Part shown: piece after piece, positions 34,054-44,002 of the stretch
How positions within the stretch are numbered: position 1 is the first letter of the stretch
How the letters are laid out: every line of letters begins with the position of its first letter
Assembly: GCA_964202605.1 (NCBI GenBank)
Contig: CAXNJN010000007.1
Coordinates: forward strand, 543 to 64,542
Direction of reading: 5' to 3'
DNA: 64,000 nt
From: Bacteroidia bacterium
GTDB taxonomy: Bacteria; Bacteroidota; Bacteroidia; Cytophagales; Cyclobacteriaceae
Notes under the pieces: model-generated
Database searches by the model: none
The model's input: only the letters and a program-made list of their open reading frames with translations
What the model was told of the DNA's origin: nothing
Translations under genes and position numbers: made by a program

Positions 34054-34370
34054 TGGATTAACACATCGCAACAAGCACCCTATTCTCCAACTGCAATTGC
34101 TTTGTGGTATTGGTTTTGTGTCCTTTTTGTACCTTTAGAACGAACCTCAGGTGTCAGATTATAGCCTCCCTTTGTTTTTTTCTAAGCCAATTCTTCCTAG
34201 CGAAACCTTGTAGGAGGCAAGAAGGCCTTCGTTGTTGTAAAGTAAGAGTTCGTGATTCGCTTTGTTAATGACAATTTTGTCTAATCGCTAATTTACTTTC
34301 AGGAGAAAAGAAATAACCGATCAATCCAAAAATTGCTATTAATACTAGTGACCAAACAACTTTTTTATCC
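34052..34370 (-). pseudogene. Truncated, frameshifted copy of the L,D-transpeptidase gene at 41418-41897
   Basis: 34052-34281 is almost identical to 41561-41792; cut just after the IHG codons, so the catalytic Cys region is lost. Confidence 0.85.
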
Positions 34371-34441
34371 GTGTTAATTGAGCCTATGGTTAACTTATCT
34401 CTGGTGTATAAACACATTTTTCTTGTCTAAAAACAAACGAT

Positions 34442-34852
34442 TTAATTAAATCTAAAAAAGAAAAAGGCAACAGCAGCCCATTTCTTATCAATCCCCTTTG
34501 CATATCCAATTGTTGAATAGTTGCTGTTTTGGACAGTACCATCATCTTTGATATAGCCTATGGTTGAATAATTGCTATTTTGAATAGTCCCATTGCTTTT
34601 TACATACCCAACAGTGGAATAGTTACTATTTTGGATCGTTCCGTCGCTTTTAATATAGCCTATGGTTGAATAGTTGCTATTTTGAATGGTTCCATTTGAT
34701 TTGATGTACCCAACGGTCGAGTAATTACTGTTTTGAATGGTACCGTCGGATGTAATATACCCGGTAGTTCCGTAGTTACTAGATTGGATTGTTTGACCTT
34801 TCGCTGTCGCAAATGCGAAAAAAATCAAGGCGATTACCAGTAGTCTTTTCAT
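34442..34852 (-). CDS. Secreted repeat protein with six 17-aa repeats (5-fold beta-flower-like)
   Basis: Signal peptide from MKRLL; TIQNSNYSTxGYIKSxG repeated six times; aromatic C-terminal tail. Confidence 0.75.
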   Translation of the reverse strand: MKRLLVIALIFFAFATAKGQTIQSSNYGTTGYITSDGTIQNSNYSTVGYIKSNGTIQNSNYSTIGYIKSDGTIQNSNYSTVGYVKSNGTIQNSNYSTIGYIKDDGTVQNSNYSTIGYAKGIDKKWAAVAFFFFRFN

Positions 34853-34914
34853 AATTTTCTTGTTTAGTGAAATGAATTTTAGTTTTAAAATAAAAAAAAA
34901 TAAACGCAGAATTT

Positions 34915-35538
34915 TTAATTGCAATAGTCTTTATATATATCCATGTAGTCAAAAATAATGGATAAAGCTTCCTCCTGCATATCTTTTTCCAATCCTTTAT
35001 TTTCTCTAACGCTATTTGTTAGTTTGTAGACTTTACACCAATCAGAATCCATTGCTTGCTGGGCGTGAATCAAGGCCCAAACAATGTTGACTGTATAGCT
35101 TTCTTCATTTCTATATTTCGCCAAGTCAGCCCATTTCGTAGCTTCAGCCACATCGAAATAATTATCTAAAGCTTTCAAGTAGGCATAGGAGATTAAGGTT
35201 TCTGAATTTGGATTTCCGTTCAATGAAAATCCGATATCTTTTTGTTGGAGATATTCAAGAAAAATCGCCGCATTATTTTTTTCCTTGAAATCAATTCTCC
35301 ATCCAGAATTGGCTATTTCGTTTATTAAAGCAATTTTTACATCAATTGGATTAGATTTTTCATATAAATAATTCATTAAATCAACCGATATATCTCCATT
35401 TGATTTGCTGGCTAATTGGATAATCGCATAATCTTTGTAGGCATTGCTTATTTGTGTTGATGTTAAAGGAGAATCTGCTAGTAGGTTTTGATTCACTAGT
35501 AAACCGAAAACAACTGCTAGGAATAGTTTACGTTTCAT
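34915..35538 (-). CDS. Secreted hypothetical protein
   Basis: Signal peptide followed by ADSPLTST; 207 aa, predicted helical. Confidence 0.7.
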   Translation of the reverse strand: MKRKLFLAVVFGLLVNQNLLADSPLTSTQISNAYKDYAIIQLASKSNGDISVDLMNYLYEKSNPIDVKIALINEIANSGWRIDFKEKNNAAIFLEYLQQKDIGFSLNGNPNSETLISYAYLKALDNYFDVAEATKWADLAKYRNEESYTVNIVWALIHAQQAMDSDWCKVYKLTNSVRENKGLEKDMQEEALSIIFDYMDIYKDYCN

Positions 35539-35716
35539 TTTTTTAATTCTTTATATTTTTTTGTTTTGTAAAATACTCTTTATTTCTAAACCCTCTATTT
35601 TTTGCAGAAAATACCAGACTTCTCTCGATAAGATTTGATGGAGAGTTCACAAGACTCCTCATCTGGAAATTCGTTTAGAAAGTGGATTAATTTCATATTC
35701 TCAGGCGCTTGAATAC

Positions 35717-36373
35717 CTAGTTTTGGTTTTCTGTTTTGTCAGTGATTGTTTTTTGTTTCGGAAGCTGGTCTGTCCCCCCGTTGGGATTTTCAATAATATC
35801 TTCGAACCATTGAAATGCTTGGGTTCCATATATTTTGTCATCGATATAGTAGGCACCAACTCCCATTTGCCTGCCACTTTTTGACAGGATGTTTTCCTTG
35901 TGGCCTGGAGAATTCATCCATTGCTTAATTACCAAGGCAGCAACTTGCATATAAGTACTTCCATTTTTCGGGAAATTATAGGCGATGTTTTCTGCAATAT
36001 GTGGATTAGTTATCCCTGCGAGTTTTCCACGATCACCGGTACTCTTGCGGGAAACATCAATAGAATTGTAATGTGAAAAAAAACCAGTGGTTGCCATTTT
36101 AAGTGAATGATTGTATGCAGCGACTTCTAAAAATTTATGATACCGCATTGGAGGGATTCCTGCCTTGGATCGTTCTTCATTCGTTATAAAAAACAATGCA
36201 GCATCGAGTAATAAGTAATCTGGATTTGAAATTGAAAAAGGCTCATTGAAACTTTGATTTTGCCGAAAATTCCGATGATCCCATTTTTCGTAATCTTCTA
36301 CTTTCCACAAACTTTGACCAAAAGAAATGTTCACAAAAATTAGTGAAATTATTAAGGAAAGAAAGTTTTTCAT
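35717..36373 (-). CDS. CAP/SCP domain protein, copy 1
   Basis: TNEER, AAYNHS..MA..GFFSH, AENIA and WMNSPGHKENIL. Start inferred from the paralogue. Confidence 0.88.
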   Translation of the reverse strand: MKNFLSLIISLIFVNISFGQSLWKVEDYEKWDHRNFRQNQSFNEPFSISNPDYLLLDAALFFITNEERSKAGIPPMRYHKFLEVAAYNHSLKMATTGFFSHYNSIDVSRKSTGDRGKLAGITNPHIAENIAYNFPKNGSTYMQVAALVIKQWMNSPGHKENILSKSGRQMGVGAYYIDDKIYGTQAFQWFEDIIENPNGGTDQLPKQKTITDKTENQN

Positions 36374-37051
36374 GCTTGAAAAGTACTTTAGATGTAAGTT
36401 TGGATAAAAGGATAATTTCATTTCTGTTTAAATTAGGATTTAGAATCAATTATGAATAAGTCAAAGTCAACAAAATTTTAGACCTTACCTTTTTAAACAC
36501 ATGCAAAGGAGGCAAAACAAAAATTTTCGATATCTTATAGATTAATGAAGAACCTTTTAATAAGAACTCTAACTTCATTAACAACGGATATTTTTAAGTT
36601 AAATTATCATTTAAGATTTATTTTTAAAGCAACTCGAACAGTACAGTCCATCTTCAGAAAAATTTTATGCTGAAATAACTCAAGAATCTGTTGAAGAAAG
36701 ATTGGATAATCACATTGCCAAAGCCTATGGAAAACATCGATTTACAGCCAAGGAATCAGACTGGGGATTATATTTTGATTTCACTTTGCCACTTTTTCTC
36801 TAGAGGTAGTAGGTGCCTCTAGCAAGCAAAGGCATAAAAAAACCTCCCAAAACTCATTGGGAGGTGTAATGTAGGTGGACTGTGGGCCGCAGACCGTGGA
36901 CAAAAAAATTACTTCTTCATTCCCATCTAGTCTATCCCAAAGTAGAGATGATCAAGCGAAGGCCGAATACAAAGCTATTTTCGTCCAAGTCAATCGCAGC
37001 GAACTTGTAATTGGATTTGGAAATAATTGGATCAATTTCTAGAATGTGAGA

Positions 37052-37798
37052 TCAATTTTTGACTCTTGCTTTCCATGTCGCGTTGTAGGCATGGAGCCAC
37101 CTTTCGCTTTGTAAATAATGGAATAAGCCTTCTTCAACTGCTATCTCAAAAGGTACTTTTAAAAGCACCGCACGGGATTTTTTTGGATACGTTACTGGAA
37201 CTTCTACTGAAACTTCGTTAAAGTCTTCAAATTCTTTAACCTTAAGACTGCATGGGTTGAGCGCTAAAGCATACCTGCTTTCTTTGTTTCCCAATAAATA
37301 TTCTGATCCACTCCAGGTTACTTTAGATTTTTTATTCTTCAAAGCCAACCGTATTCGCTCCGAGCCCATAAAAAAATCATCCTCAAATACTCTTGTCCCA
37401 TCTTCTGTTTTGAACATCAAATAGAAACTTTCCTTAGCTACTTCTGGATAAATAGGAAAAGCAATGACACTCATGAAGAAATTTAAGCCGTAAATGCTAG
37501 CCTTTTCTTTAAAAGTCAACTCTTGTCCAGATTCAATTCTCGCCATGTAATCAGCAGAATTAGTAGTATAAATGTTCAGTGATTGTGGAAATAAGGCGAT
37601 GGTGAAAATGAATAGGGAAACTAGCGATGCATATAAATAGTTGACACCTTTTAATCTCCAAAAAATAATTCCAAAAAATAGAATCACTAGCCCAAGATAA
37701 CCAAGGTAGGTTTCCCAGGTAGCAAGCCAACTGAACAATAACAATGAAGCAAACCAAATAAGAATAGAAAAAATAATTTTCAACTTCCTAAAGATCAA
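37052..37798 (-). CDS. Hypothetical membrane protein
   Basis: Three N-terminal hydrophobic helices; 248-aa ORF. Confidence 0.65.
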   Translation of the reverse strand: MIFRKLKIIFSILIWFASLLLFSWLATWETYLGYLGLVILFFGIIFWRLKGVNYLYASLVSLFIFTIALFPQSLNIYTTNSADYMARIESGQELTFKEKASIYGLNFFMSVIAFPIYPEVAKESFYLMFKTEDGTRVFEDDFFMGSERIRLALKNKKSKVTWSGSEYLLGNKESRYALALNPCSLKVKEFEDFNEVSVEVPVTYPKKSRAVLLKVPFEIAVEEGLFHYLQSERWLHAYNATWKARVKN

Positions 37799-37864
37799 TT
37801 GGTTATTCTTGATAAGTGTTATTTAATTATGGAGGATTATTCCGTAAATGCTATTATTCAAGGA

Positions 37865-38683
37865 CTAATTCTCCTCTACTGTAATTAATTTTTCAGAATT
37901 AAAAATCTGAACAGGTGAAATTACTAATTCGTCGTAGGGTATGTTTCCTTTATACCTTTCGTTTAATTGATTTTGAACTTGCTTCGAAGTGAGGTCAAAA
38001 TCTGACAATCTTTCAAGTTCACCCAGTTCTATGTTTAAAGCTTCTTTATATATTTTCCAAACTAATTCAGAACAGTATAACTTTTCGTCAGACCATCCAA
38101 AATACCTATCGTAACTTTTACCTTTAAATTTTCCCCCAATGGCCTTCATTTTTACAAGGGCTTCCTCGGTTAAAATCTCATCTGAATTATTAATTCGCTT
38201 CACAACATATTTTCCATCTAATCCATCATTAATCCAATCAGTTAATGGTGTTAATTTAACCACAGAACTAGCCTCATAAACAAAATATTCAGCATTTGCT
38301 TCATCTAAGTAAATAATGCCCATGTGGGAATATTTTGAATGAGTTGCTGCCTGTATTGATTCACTTTGAGATGATTTTGATGTCTGAAAGATAATATCAC
38401 CATTTTGTAATTCAACACGTTCAAATTCATAAGTGTGTGTTTCATACCATTCTAAGATTATGTAAATTCCAAAAATTGAAATTCCAAGAATTAGCAAATT
38501 AAGCAGCACAAATTTCCAATTTTTAAATTTGATGTGTAGAATTAAAAAAGTGACAAATAAAATTATGGAGCCTAAAAATAGAAAAAATGAAGTAGCAACA
38601 TCAAAAAAGAGAAAAAATAGAGTAGTCATGAGAGCTAAAATATTAGCTATTGTTGCAAAAATGGGGGACTTTAACAGTTTCAT
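37865..38683 (-). CDS. YiiX/YebB-like permuted papain (NlpC/P60) enzyme with N-terminal TM helices
   Basis: GDIIFQTS, YSHMGI and LYCSELVWKIY motifs. Confidence 0.85.
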   Translation of the reverse strand: MKLLKSPIFATIANILALMTTLFFLFFDVATSFFLFLGSIILFVTFLILHIKFKNWKFVLLNLLILGISIFGIYIILEWYETHTYEFERVELQNGDIIFQTSKSSQSESIQAATHSKYSHMGIIYLDEANAEYFVYEASSVVKLTPLTDWINDGLDGKYVVKRINNSDEILTEEALVKMKAIGGKFKGKSYDRYFGWSDEKLYCSELVWKIYKEALNIELGELERLSDFDLTSKQVQNQLNERYKGNIPYDELVISPVQIFNSEKLITVEEN

Positions 38684-38701
38684 AATTCTACTTTTTTTTG
38701 T

Positions 38702-38778
38702 TTCTAAAGTTTCTTTAGTGTGTTGGATTCTCCTGTTGCGCCCATGGGATGGGAATATTGACTACATGCTGTTATAGG
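38702..38778 (-). repeat. Degenerate attC-like palindrome
   Basis: Minus strand reads cctataacagc...caatattccc...aaactttagaa; lies just upstream of the YiiX start. Confidence 0.45.
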
Positions 38779-39126
38779 AATTATTAAATCCACTAACACT
38801 GTATTTCCATAAAGTATTGGTAAATATAAAATAACTTAATGTTCATATCGTAGTATTTGCAGTTATCGAGACACAAGGAGAATATCATTAATTAAACCGA
38901 TAAATGATAGACCGAGACAATTTAAATTTTCTGTCTCTTGATAATTTTCTAGGCACTCACTGTTTTTAGAAGTTTATCGGTCAAACTGCGATGAATCGCT
39001 ACTATGTTTATACTTTTCCACAACTTTTTGTAATCAATAACCGTTTTTTGCAATTCTAACTTACACATTTTATCCAGTAATAATCAAAAAAACAATTTAA
39101 CTACGGTAAGATCCTGGCCATAAACT

Positions 39127-39735
39127 TTACAATGTCCAGCCTTTTGATGATAATTGCTTCTTACAATTTGAGCAGAAGCCTGTTAATTCGTCTGTGTGAT
39201 TTTTGCCATTTGCATCCCTCATCAAACAAGTCTTTACCGAACAATGTGGAAGACCTTGCGTATGTCCTAGTTCGTGAATTGAAAGTTTAGAAAATGGCTC
39301 CAATAAATTAGCTTTTGAAAGTCTAAAAGTCGAGACCACACATGAACTGCCAGGTTGATAACCAAGTCCCATAATACCATAGTCTTGAATCTCACCTTTG
39401 GTATGGCTAATATCTTTATCGGTTAGTCCTATGGTTACATGTCCCTTTGGTGTAATTGTCCCTAAAAATTTTATCAAAGAGTCGGCACGATACCTATTTC
39501 GTTTTTTGTAGTAGGCGGCCTCTGGTAGAGCTATAGATTCATTAACTTCAATGTGTGGATAAATTTTTTGCAATTCATCATGAACAAATGTCACATTACT
39601 TTTCGGAATTCCGTTAAAGGGTTGTAAATGGATCACAATTGGTTCATTAACTTCGGCCTTGTAATTACAAGACAGGAATGAAGTCAAAATGAAGATGATT
39701 AGGATTATTTTTTTTGTAGTTATGTCCATGTTCAT
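39127..39735 (-). CDS. Archaemetzincin-like (M54) Zn protease, lipoprotein
   Basis: Lipobox LSC; HELGHTQGLPHC...CLM...FCSNC. Confidence 0.85.
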   Translation of the reverse strand: MNMDITTKKIILIIFILTSFLSCNYKAEVNEPIVIHLQPFNGIPKSNVTFVHDELQKIYPHIEVNESIALPEAAYYKKRNRYRADSLIKFLGTITPKGHVTIGLTDKDISHTKGEIQDYGIMGLGYQPGSSCVVSTFRLSKANLLEPFSKLSIHELGHTQGLPHCSVKTCLMRDANGKNHTDELTGFCSNCKKQLSSKGWTL

Positions 39736-39825
39736 ATTAAAGGTTCTTGGTATTTAGCTCCATGTAGCGTTCTAAGGGAGAGGAACATAAAAAGAAACTG
39801 TTAGAAAAATTTAATTAAATATTGT

Positions 39826-39903
39826 GGCTAACGTTTTGCGCTTAAGCGATGTTGCCTTGTGTTGTGCCTGCGGCAAGGCAATATTGCTTAAACGCCGTTA
39901 GCG
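39826..39903 (-). repeat. attC-like site (best-preserved copy)
   Basis: ggctaac...ttaagcgatgttgccttg-loop-caaggcaatattgcttaa...gttagcg; the TAA stop of ORF 39898-40263 lies inside the terminal cTAAc box. Confidence 0.8.
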
Positions 39904-40263
39904 GCTTTTTAATTTACAGGGCTCTCTAGCCTCATCTTCCATCCAATTGTTTATGCGTCCAGAATTAAAATAAACCTTCAAATAATTAAATGTGAAAGAA
40001 AACAACCCCATTCTTTTGTATTGATCCCAATGCACCATTTCGTGTGTAATTATTGAGCAGGGGTCATTTGGATTTTCGTTTTCATATGTTGACTCTATAA
40101 ATATCCCAAAAGGAGGTATGGTGCCAGCCATCTGATTCCCGGGAATATCAAAGGGCAGGTAAATAACAAATGGATGCTTAAAACTATTCAAGATTAGAAT
40201 AATTACTAGAAACAAGGAGGGTATAATAAAACGTTTTTTGAAGAATCTTGCTTTAATAGACAT
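39898..40263 (-). CDS. Small HExxH protein (DUF4157-like)
   Basis: N-terminal TM; PPFGIFI, HEMVHWDQY and MEDEAR motifs. Confidence 0.7.
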   Translation of the reverse strand: MSIKARFFKKRFIIPSLFLVIILILNSFKHPFVIYLPFDIPGNQMAGTIPPFGIFIESTYENENPNDPCSIITHEMVHWDQYKRMGLFSFTFNYLKVYFNSGRINNWMEDEAREPCKLKSR

Positions 40264-40278
40264 TGTAATTTAATGGTT

Positions 40279-40355
40279 GTTAAAGTTTCGTGTGTAGGTT
40301 ATGTTGCCTTGTTTTACCCTTGGAGTTAAGGCATTTTGCTTGTGGGCTGTTAAAT
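40279..40355 (-). repeat. Degenerate attC-like site
   Basis: Shares atgttgccttg / aaggca arms with 39826-39903; the stop of ORF 40350-41213 lies in its TAAC box. Confidence 0.6.
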
Positions 40356-41213
40356 AAAGGGTTCGTTTTTTTTAGAAACGAATAAGTTAAATTGACTTGT
40401 CGATAGGACGTAAACACTACTAAAGTCTGCGTTTTTCTCCTTTACCTCACCTTTGTCATTTGTCTCATAGGTCATGAGGTCAATATCAATTGTATTCATA
40501 TTTCGACACTTTGAGCATTGATGCAGGTTGACTCTGATGTGCTCAGAATTTGGACTTTCTAGTTTTCTAAAATTCAATATTTTTTCAATATCTGTATCGA
40601 TGAGGACCTTAGCAGCATCTTTATCATCAATAGCTAGTCGTAAATCGAAATTAATATCCTCAGCCCATCTGTTGCAATCCTCGCAAAAAACCTCTTCATG
40701 CATTACCGCTAAACCACCTAGTGCTCCTGCACCTAAAATACCAATTGCTTCTACAATCCAAATAAACCAAAGAAAGCCCCCCTTTACTGTAGTTCCGAAT
40801 AGCGTGAAATAGCCATCAACTGAAATTGATTTTGCCATCTCAAATACGAAGGATGGGCTCTGCAAAATATCTAAAAGTTCCATTGGTAAATCCTCTTTTT
40901 GAATCAGCACATATAGAAAAGTGGACCAACTTGCATAAATTCCAAAAAGCCCAGTAATTATTCCGTAAACAATTGAACTACTGGTGCTCCTACATTTTGA
41001 TAAACGAATTACAATCTTTTGGACAATAACAATTCCAATTAAAAGTCCGATAAAAACCAATAAAGTAAAATATACAAAAGGATTGTATACATCTATGTAA
41101 GCATATATGATGCTTAGGAGTATTACTAAAATAGGGCCTAATACTATCCCAAAAATAAAAGTATTACCGGGTTTTCCTGAAAGTTTGTACTCAGTATTCA
41201 TATTGAGATTCAT
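40350..41213 (-). CDS. Membrane protein with a C-terminal CxxC...CxxC Zn ribbon
   Basis: Four TM segments; FCEDCNRW and QCSKC. Confidence 0.7.
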   Translation of the reverse strand: MNLNMNTEYKLSGKPGNTFIFGIVLGPILVILLSIIYAYIDVYNPFVYFTLLVFIGLLIGIVIVQKIVIRLSKCRSTSSSIVYGIITGLFGIYASWSTFLYVLIQKEDLPMELLDILQSPSFVFEMAKSISVDGYFTLFGTTVKGGFLWFIWIVEAIGILGAGALGGLAVMHEEVFCEDCNRWAEDINFDLRLAIDDKDAAKVLIDTDIEKILNFRKLESPNSEHIRVNLHQCSKCRNMNTIDIDLMTYETNDKGEVKEKNADFSSVYVLSTSQFNLFVSKKNEPFI

Positions 41214-41265
41214 TTAGAATGCCTACTCTTTATCGGATTTTTGGCTTCCTCCGTTTTAAACATAC

Positions 41266-41397
41266 TCATCACGTTTTGCAACTTCTTTATGTGGTGATTT
41301 CAGCGCACTTCACTGCTAGCTCAGTAAATATTTGGACAGAATTACATCACGCGGTTTAACCACCTAACTACCACCTTTGGATTTGTACAGTTTTAGG
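41266..41397 (-). repeat. Degenerate long attC-like site
   Basis: catcacgttttgca...gtggtgatttc...ttaaccac...accacc...cagttttagg resembles the reverse complement of 61965-62060. Confidence 0.45.
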
Positions 41398-41417
41398 TTG
41401 CTAAGGTAATCATTTGA

Positions 41418-41897
41418 TTATGGGTTTATCTCGATTAGTACACCGTTATCAACCGCCTTGTAAATTTCATCTATTTCATCATTTGTAAGTGCGATACACC
41501 CTTTAGTCCAATCATACCATCTTTGAAATCTTTTGTAAGGGCCATATTCATTTCCTAGACCATGGATTAGCACATCGCAACAAGCACCCCATTCTCCAAC
41601 CGCAATTGCTTTGTGGTATTGGGTTTGTGTCCTTTTTGTACCTTTAAAACGACCCTCAGGTGTCAGATTATCGCCTTCCTTTGTTTTTTTTCCTAAGCCA
41701 ATTCTTCCTAGCGAAACCTTGTAGGAGGCAAGAAGGCCTTCGTTGTTGTAGAGTAAGAGTTCGTGATTCGCTTTGTTAATGACAATTTTGTCTGCTTTTT
41801 GCCCTTGCTGTAGTTTTTGTTCCGGAAAAAAGTAATAAACGATCAATCCGGAGAGGATCACAACTAATGTCAGCCAAATTATTCTGCTTTTTTTCAT
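41418..41897 (-). CDS. L,D-transpeptidase (YkuD family)
   Basis: IVINK..HEL, KEGDNLTPEG and IHG...WTKGCIAL. Start set at MKKSR. Confidence 0.88.
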   Translation of the reverse strand: MKKSRIIWLTLVVILSGLIVYYFFPEQKLQQGQKADKIVINKANHELLLYNNEGLLASYKVSLGRIGLGKKTKEGDNLTPEGRFKGTKRTQTQYHKAIAVGEWGACCDVLIHGLGNEYGPYKRFQRWYDWTKGCIALTNDEIDEIYKAVDNGVLIEINP

Positions 41898-42069
41898 AAG
41901 TAAGCGGGGGTTGAGTATTGAATAAATACACCAAAAATCTGTCTCGTTTTCCAATAGGCATACAGTTTTTGAATATCGGATCCAATCTATGGCTAGCACT
42001 CAATTCTTGAAATTTAATTCATATATTCAAAGCTAACATAAGCACCAACACACTTAAACTTAGTACAAC

Positions 42070-42885
42070 ATGAAAAAAATTGTTTGGGTTATTTCAATTG
42101 GATTAATGCTTTGTGCATTTTTTCTCTTTAGAAATCATGTACGGCTATTGATAATGAAGCGCATACCTGTTCAAAATTAAGAAGTTCTGCTCATCAAGAC
42201 TGTTGATGACGTCAACTTTAGCCTGAATCTTTATGCAATCAAAAGAAGTTATAAAAACAGGTGGGTTAGTCTATCCAATTCAATGTTTAACGACCAAATT
42301 GCCGTTTTTGAAATCCCAATAAATAAGTATAAGTTCAATAACCTGGTAATGGCCCCTGTTGGCAGCGATGAAATTTCTCCGGATGCCAACCTGTATTTTA
42401 ATACCATGTTTTTTGATCCGAATTACATCGCGACCACTGGTGTTATCGATAACAAAGACTTGGTGAATTCTAAAAGGCCACGTAAAAAAAGAATTGGTAT
42501 TGATAAAAACGGTCGGTTGACAAGTTTTTCAGAAAATCAGAATTCGAACTACAACGATGTATTGCAGGCGCCTTTTACATTTAGTCAAAAATCAAAAGTA
42601 AAAGTTAATTTCCGAACCTTAAATTACCGTCAATTCATAAGCATAAAGGAGGGGAAATTGCTTTTTATCACAGGATTTAATAACTCATTGATTTCTTGGA
42701 TTGACATAAAAGAACTCATGCCCCAACTTGGACTCACAAGTATCATTGCCTTAGACGGCGGGGCATCTGTGGAATATGCGTTTGATGGAAAAACGAATAA
42801 TTTTTATTTCAGTTCAATCCCATTTAGGCATTTATGGTTCAGGTTGAATTCACCCTATTACATTGAAGCCACCTATGCTGATTAG
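42070..42885 (+). pseudogene. Phosphodiester glycosidase (NAGPA/DUF2233-like) gene interrupted by one in-frame TAA
   Basis: ATG 42070 (MKKIVWVISIGLMLCAFFLF) is in frame with ORF 42283-42885; single TAA at 42178-42180; IALDGGAS motif. Confidence 0.7.
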
Positions 42886-43024
42886 TTGATTAAAGTTTAA
42901 TTCCTAAATTTTCACCTCTATTTTTTTTCTCCTCTTCTGCCTCATTCCAAGAATTTAAATTTTGTGTAGCGGTTAACCGCAATTAGAAAGTGGATTAATT
43001 TCATATTCTCAGGCGCTTGAATAC

Positions 43025-43681
43025 CTAGTTTTGGCTTTCTGTTTTGTCAGTGATTGTTTTTTGTTTCGGAAGCTGGTCTGTCCCCCCGTTGGGATTTTCA
43101 ATAATATCTTCGAACCATTGAAATGCTTGGGTTCCAAATATTTTGTTATCGATATAGTAGGTGCCACCTCCCATTTGCCTACCTTTTTTTGATAGGATGT
43201 TTTCCTTGTGGCCTGGCGAATTCATCCATTGACTGATAAACGAGGTTGCAATTTGCATGTATGTACTCTCTTTCTTAAGGTATACCTGGGCGATATTTTC
43301 TGCTATGAATGGGTTAGTAATCCCTGCGATTTTTCCACGATCGCCTGGGCGGTAGCGGGATGCGTCAATAGAATTGTAATGTGAATAAAAACCTGTGGTT
43401 GCCATTTTAAGTGAATGATTGTATGCAGCGACTTCTAAAAATTTATGATACCGCATTGGAGGGATTCCTACCTTGGATCGTTCTTCATTCGTCATGTAAA
43501 ACAAGGCAGCATTGAGTAATAAGTAATCTGGATTCGAAATTGAAAAAGGCAGATTGAAACTTTGATTTTGACGAAAATTCAGATGATCCCATTTTTCATA
43601 ATCTTCTAATTTCCACAAACTTTGACCAAAAGAAATGTTGACAAAAGGTAGTAAAACTAGTAAAAAAAGAAAGTTTTTCAT
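43025..43681 (-). CDS. CAP/SCP domain protein, copy 2
   Basis: Same motifs as copy 1; flanking DNA is also duplicated. Confidence 0.88.
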   Translation of the reverse strand: MKNFLFLLVLLPFVNISFGQSLWKLEDYEKWDHLNFRQNQSFNLPFSISNPDYLLLNAALFYMTNEERSKVGIPPMRYHKFLEVAAYNHSLKMATTGFYSHYNSIDASRYRPGDRGKIAGITNPFIAENIAQVYLKKESTYMQIATSFISQWMNSPGHKENILSKKGRQMGGGTYYIDNKIFGTQAFQWFEDIIENPNGGTDQLPKQKTITDKTESQN

Positions 43682-44002
43682 CGTGGAAATAAGTTTAGGT
43701 GTAAGGCTGGAAAAAAGGCGAATTTTTCTCTGTTTAAAGCAAAATTTAATTTTAATTAATAAGGAATAAACAAATAAGTCAATAACAATAAAACCTTAGA
43801 CTTTACCGTTTTAAACATACATGAAGAAGGCAAAATAAAAGTTTTCACTACTTTGAAAATTAATAGAAAACCATTTGGTACAAAAGCCGTACTCTTTTAA
43901 TAACGAATAATTTTAAATTAAATTATTTTTTTAAGATTGATTTTTCAACAACTCGAACTTCATTAATTAACAAATACACATCAAACAATAATTTTAAATT
44001 CT

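Noticed and set aside
34490-34795. CRISPR-like periodic repeats (51-bp period)
   Set aside because: The repeats are in-frame coding repeats with synonymous variation; there are no unique spacers and no cas genes.
36640-37030. Possible gene remnants between the CAP gene and the membrane protein gene
   Set aside because: Short broken frames with no motif I can assign.
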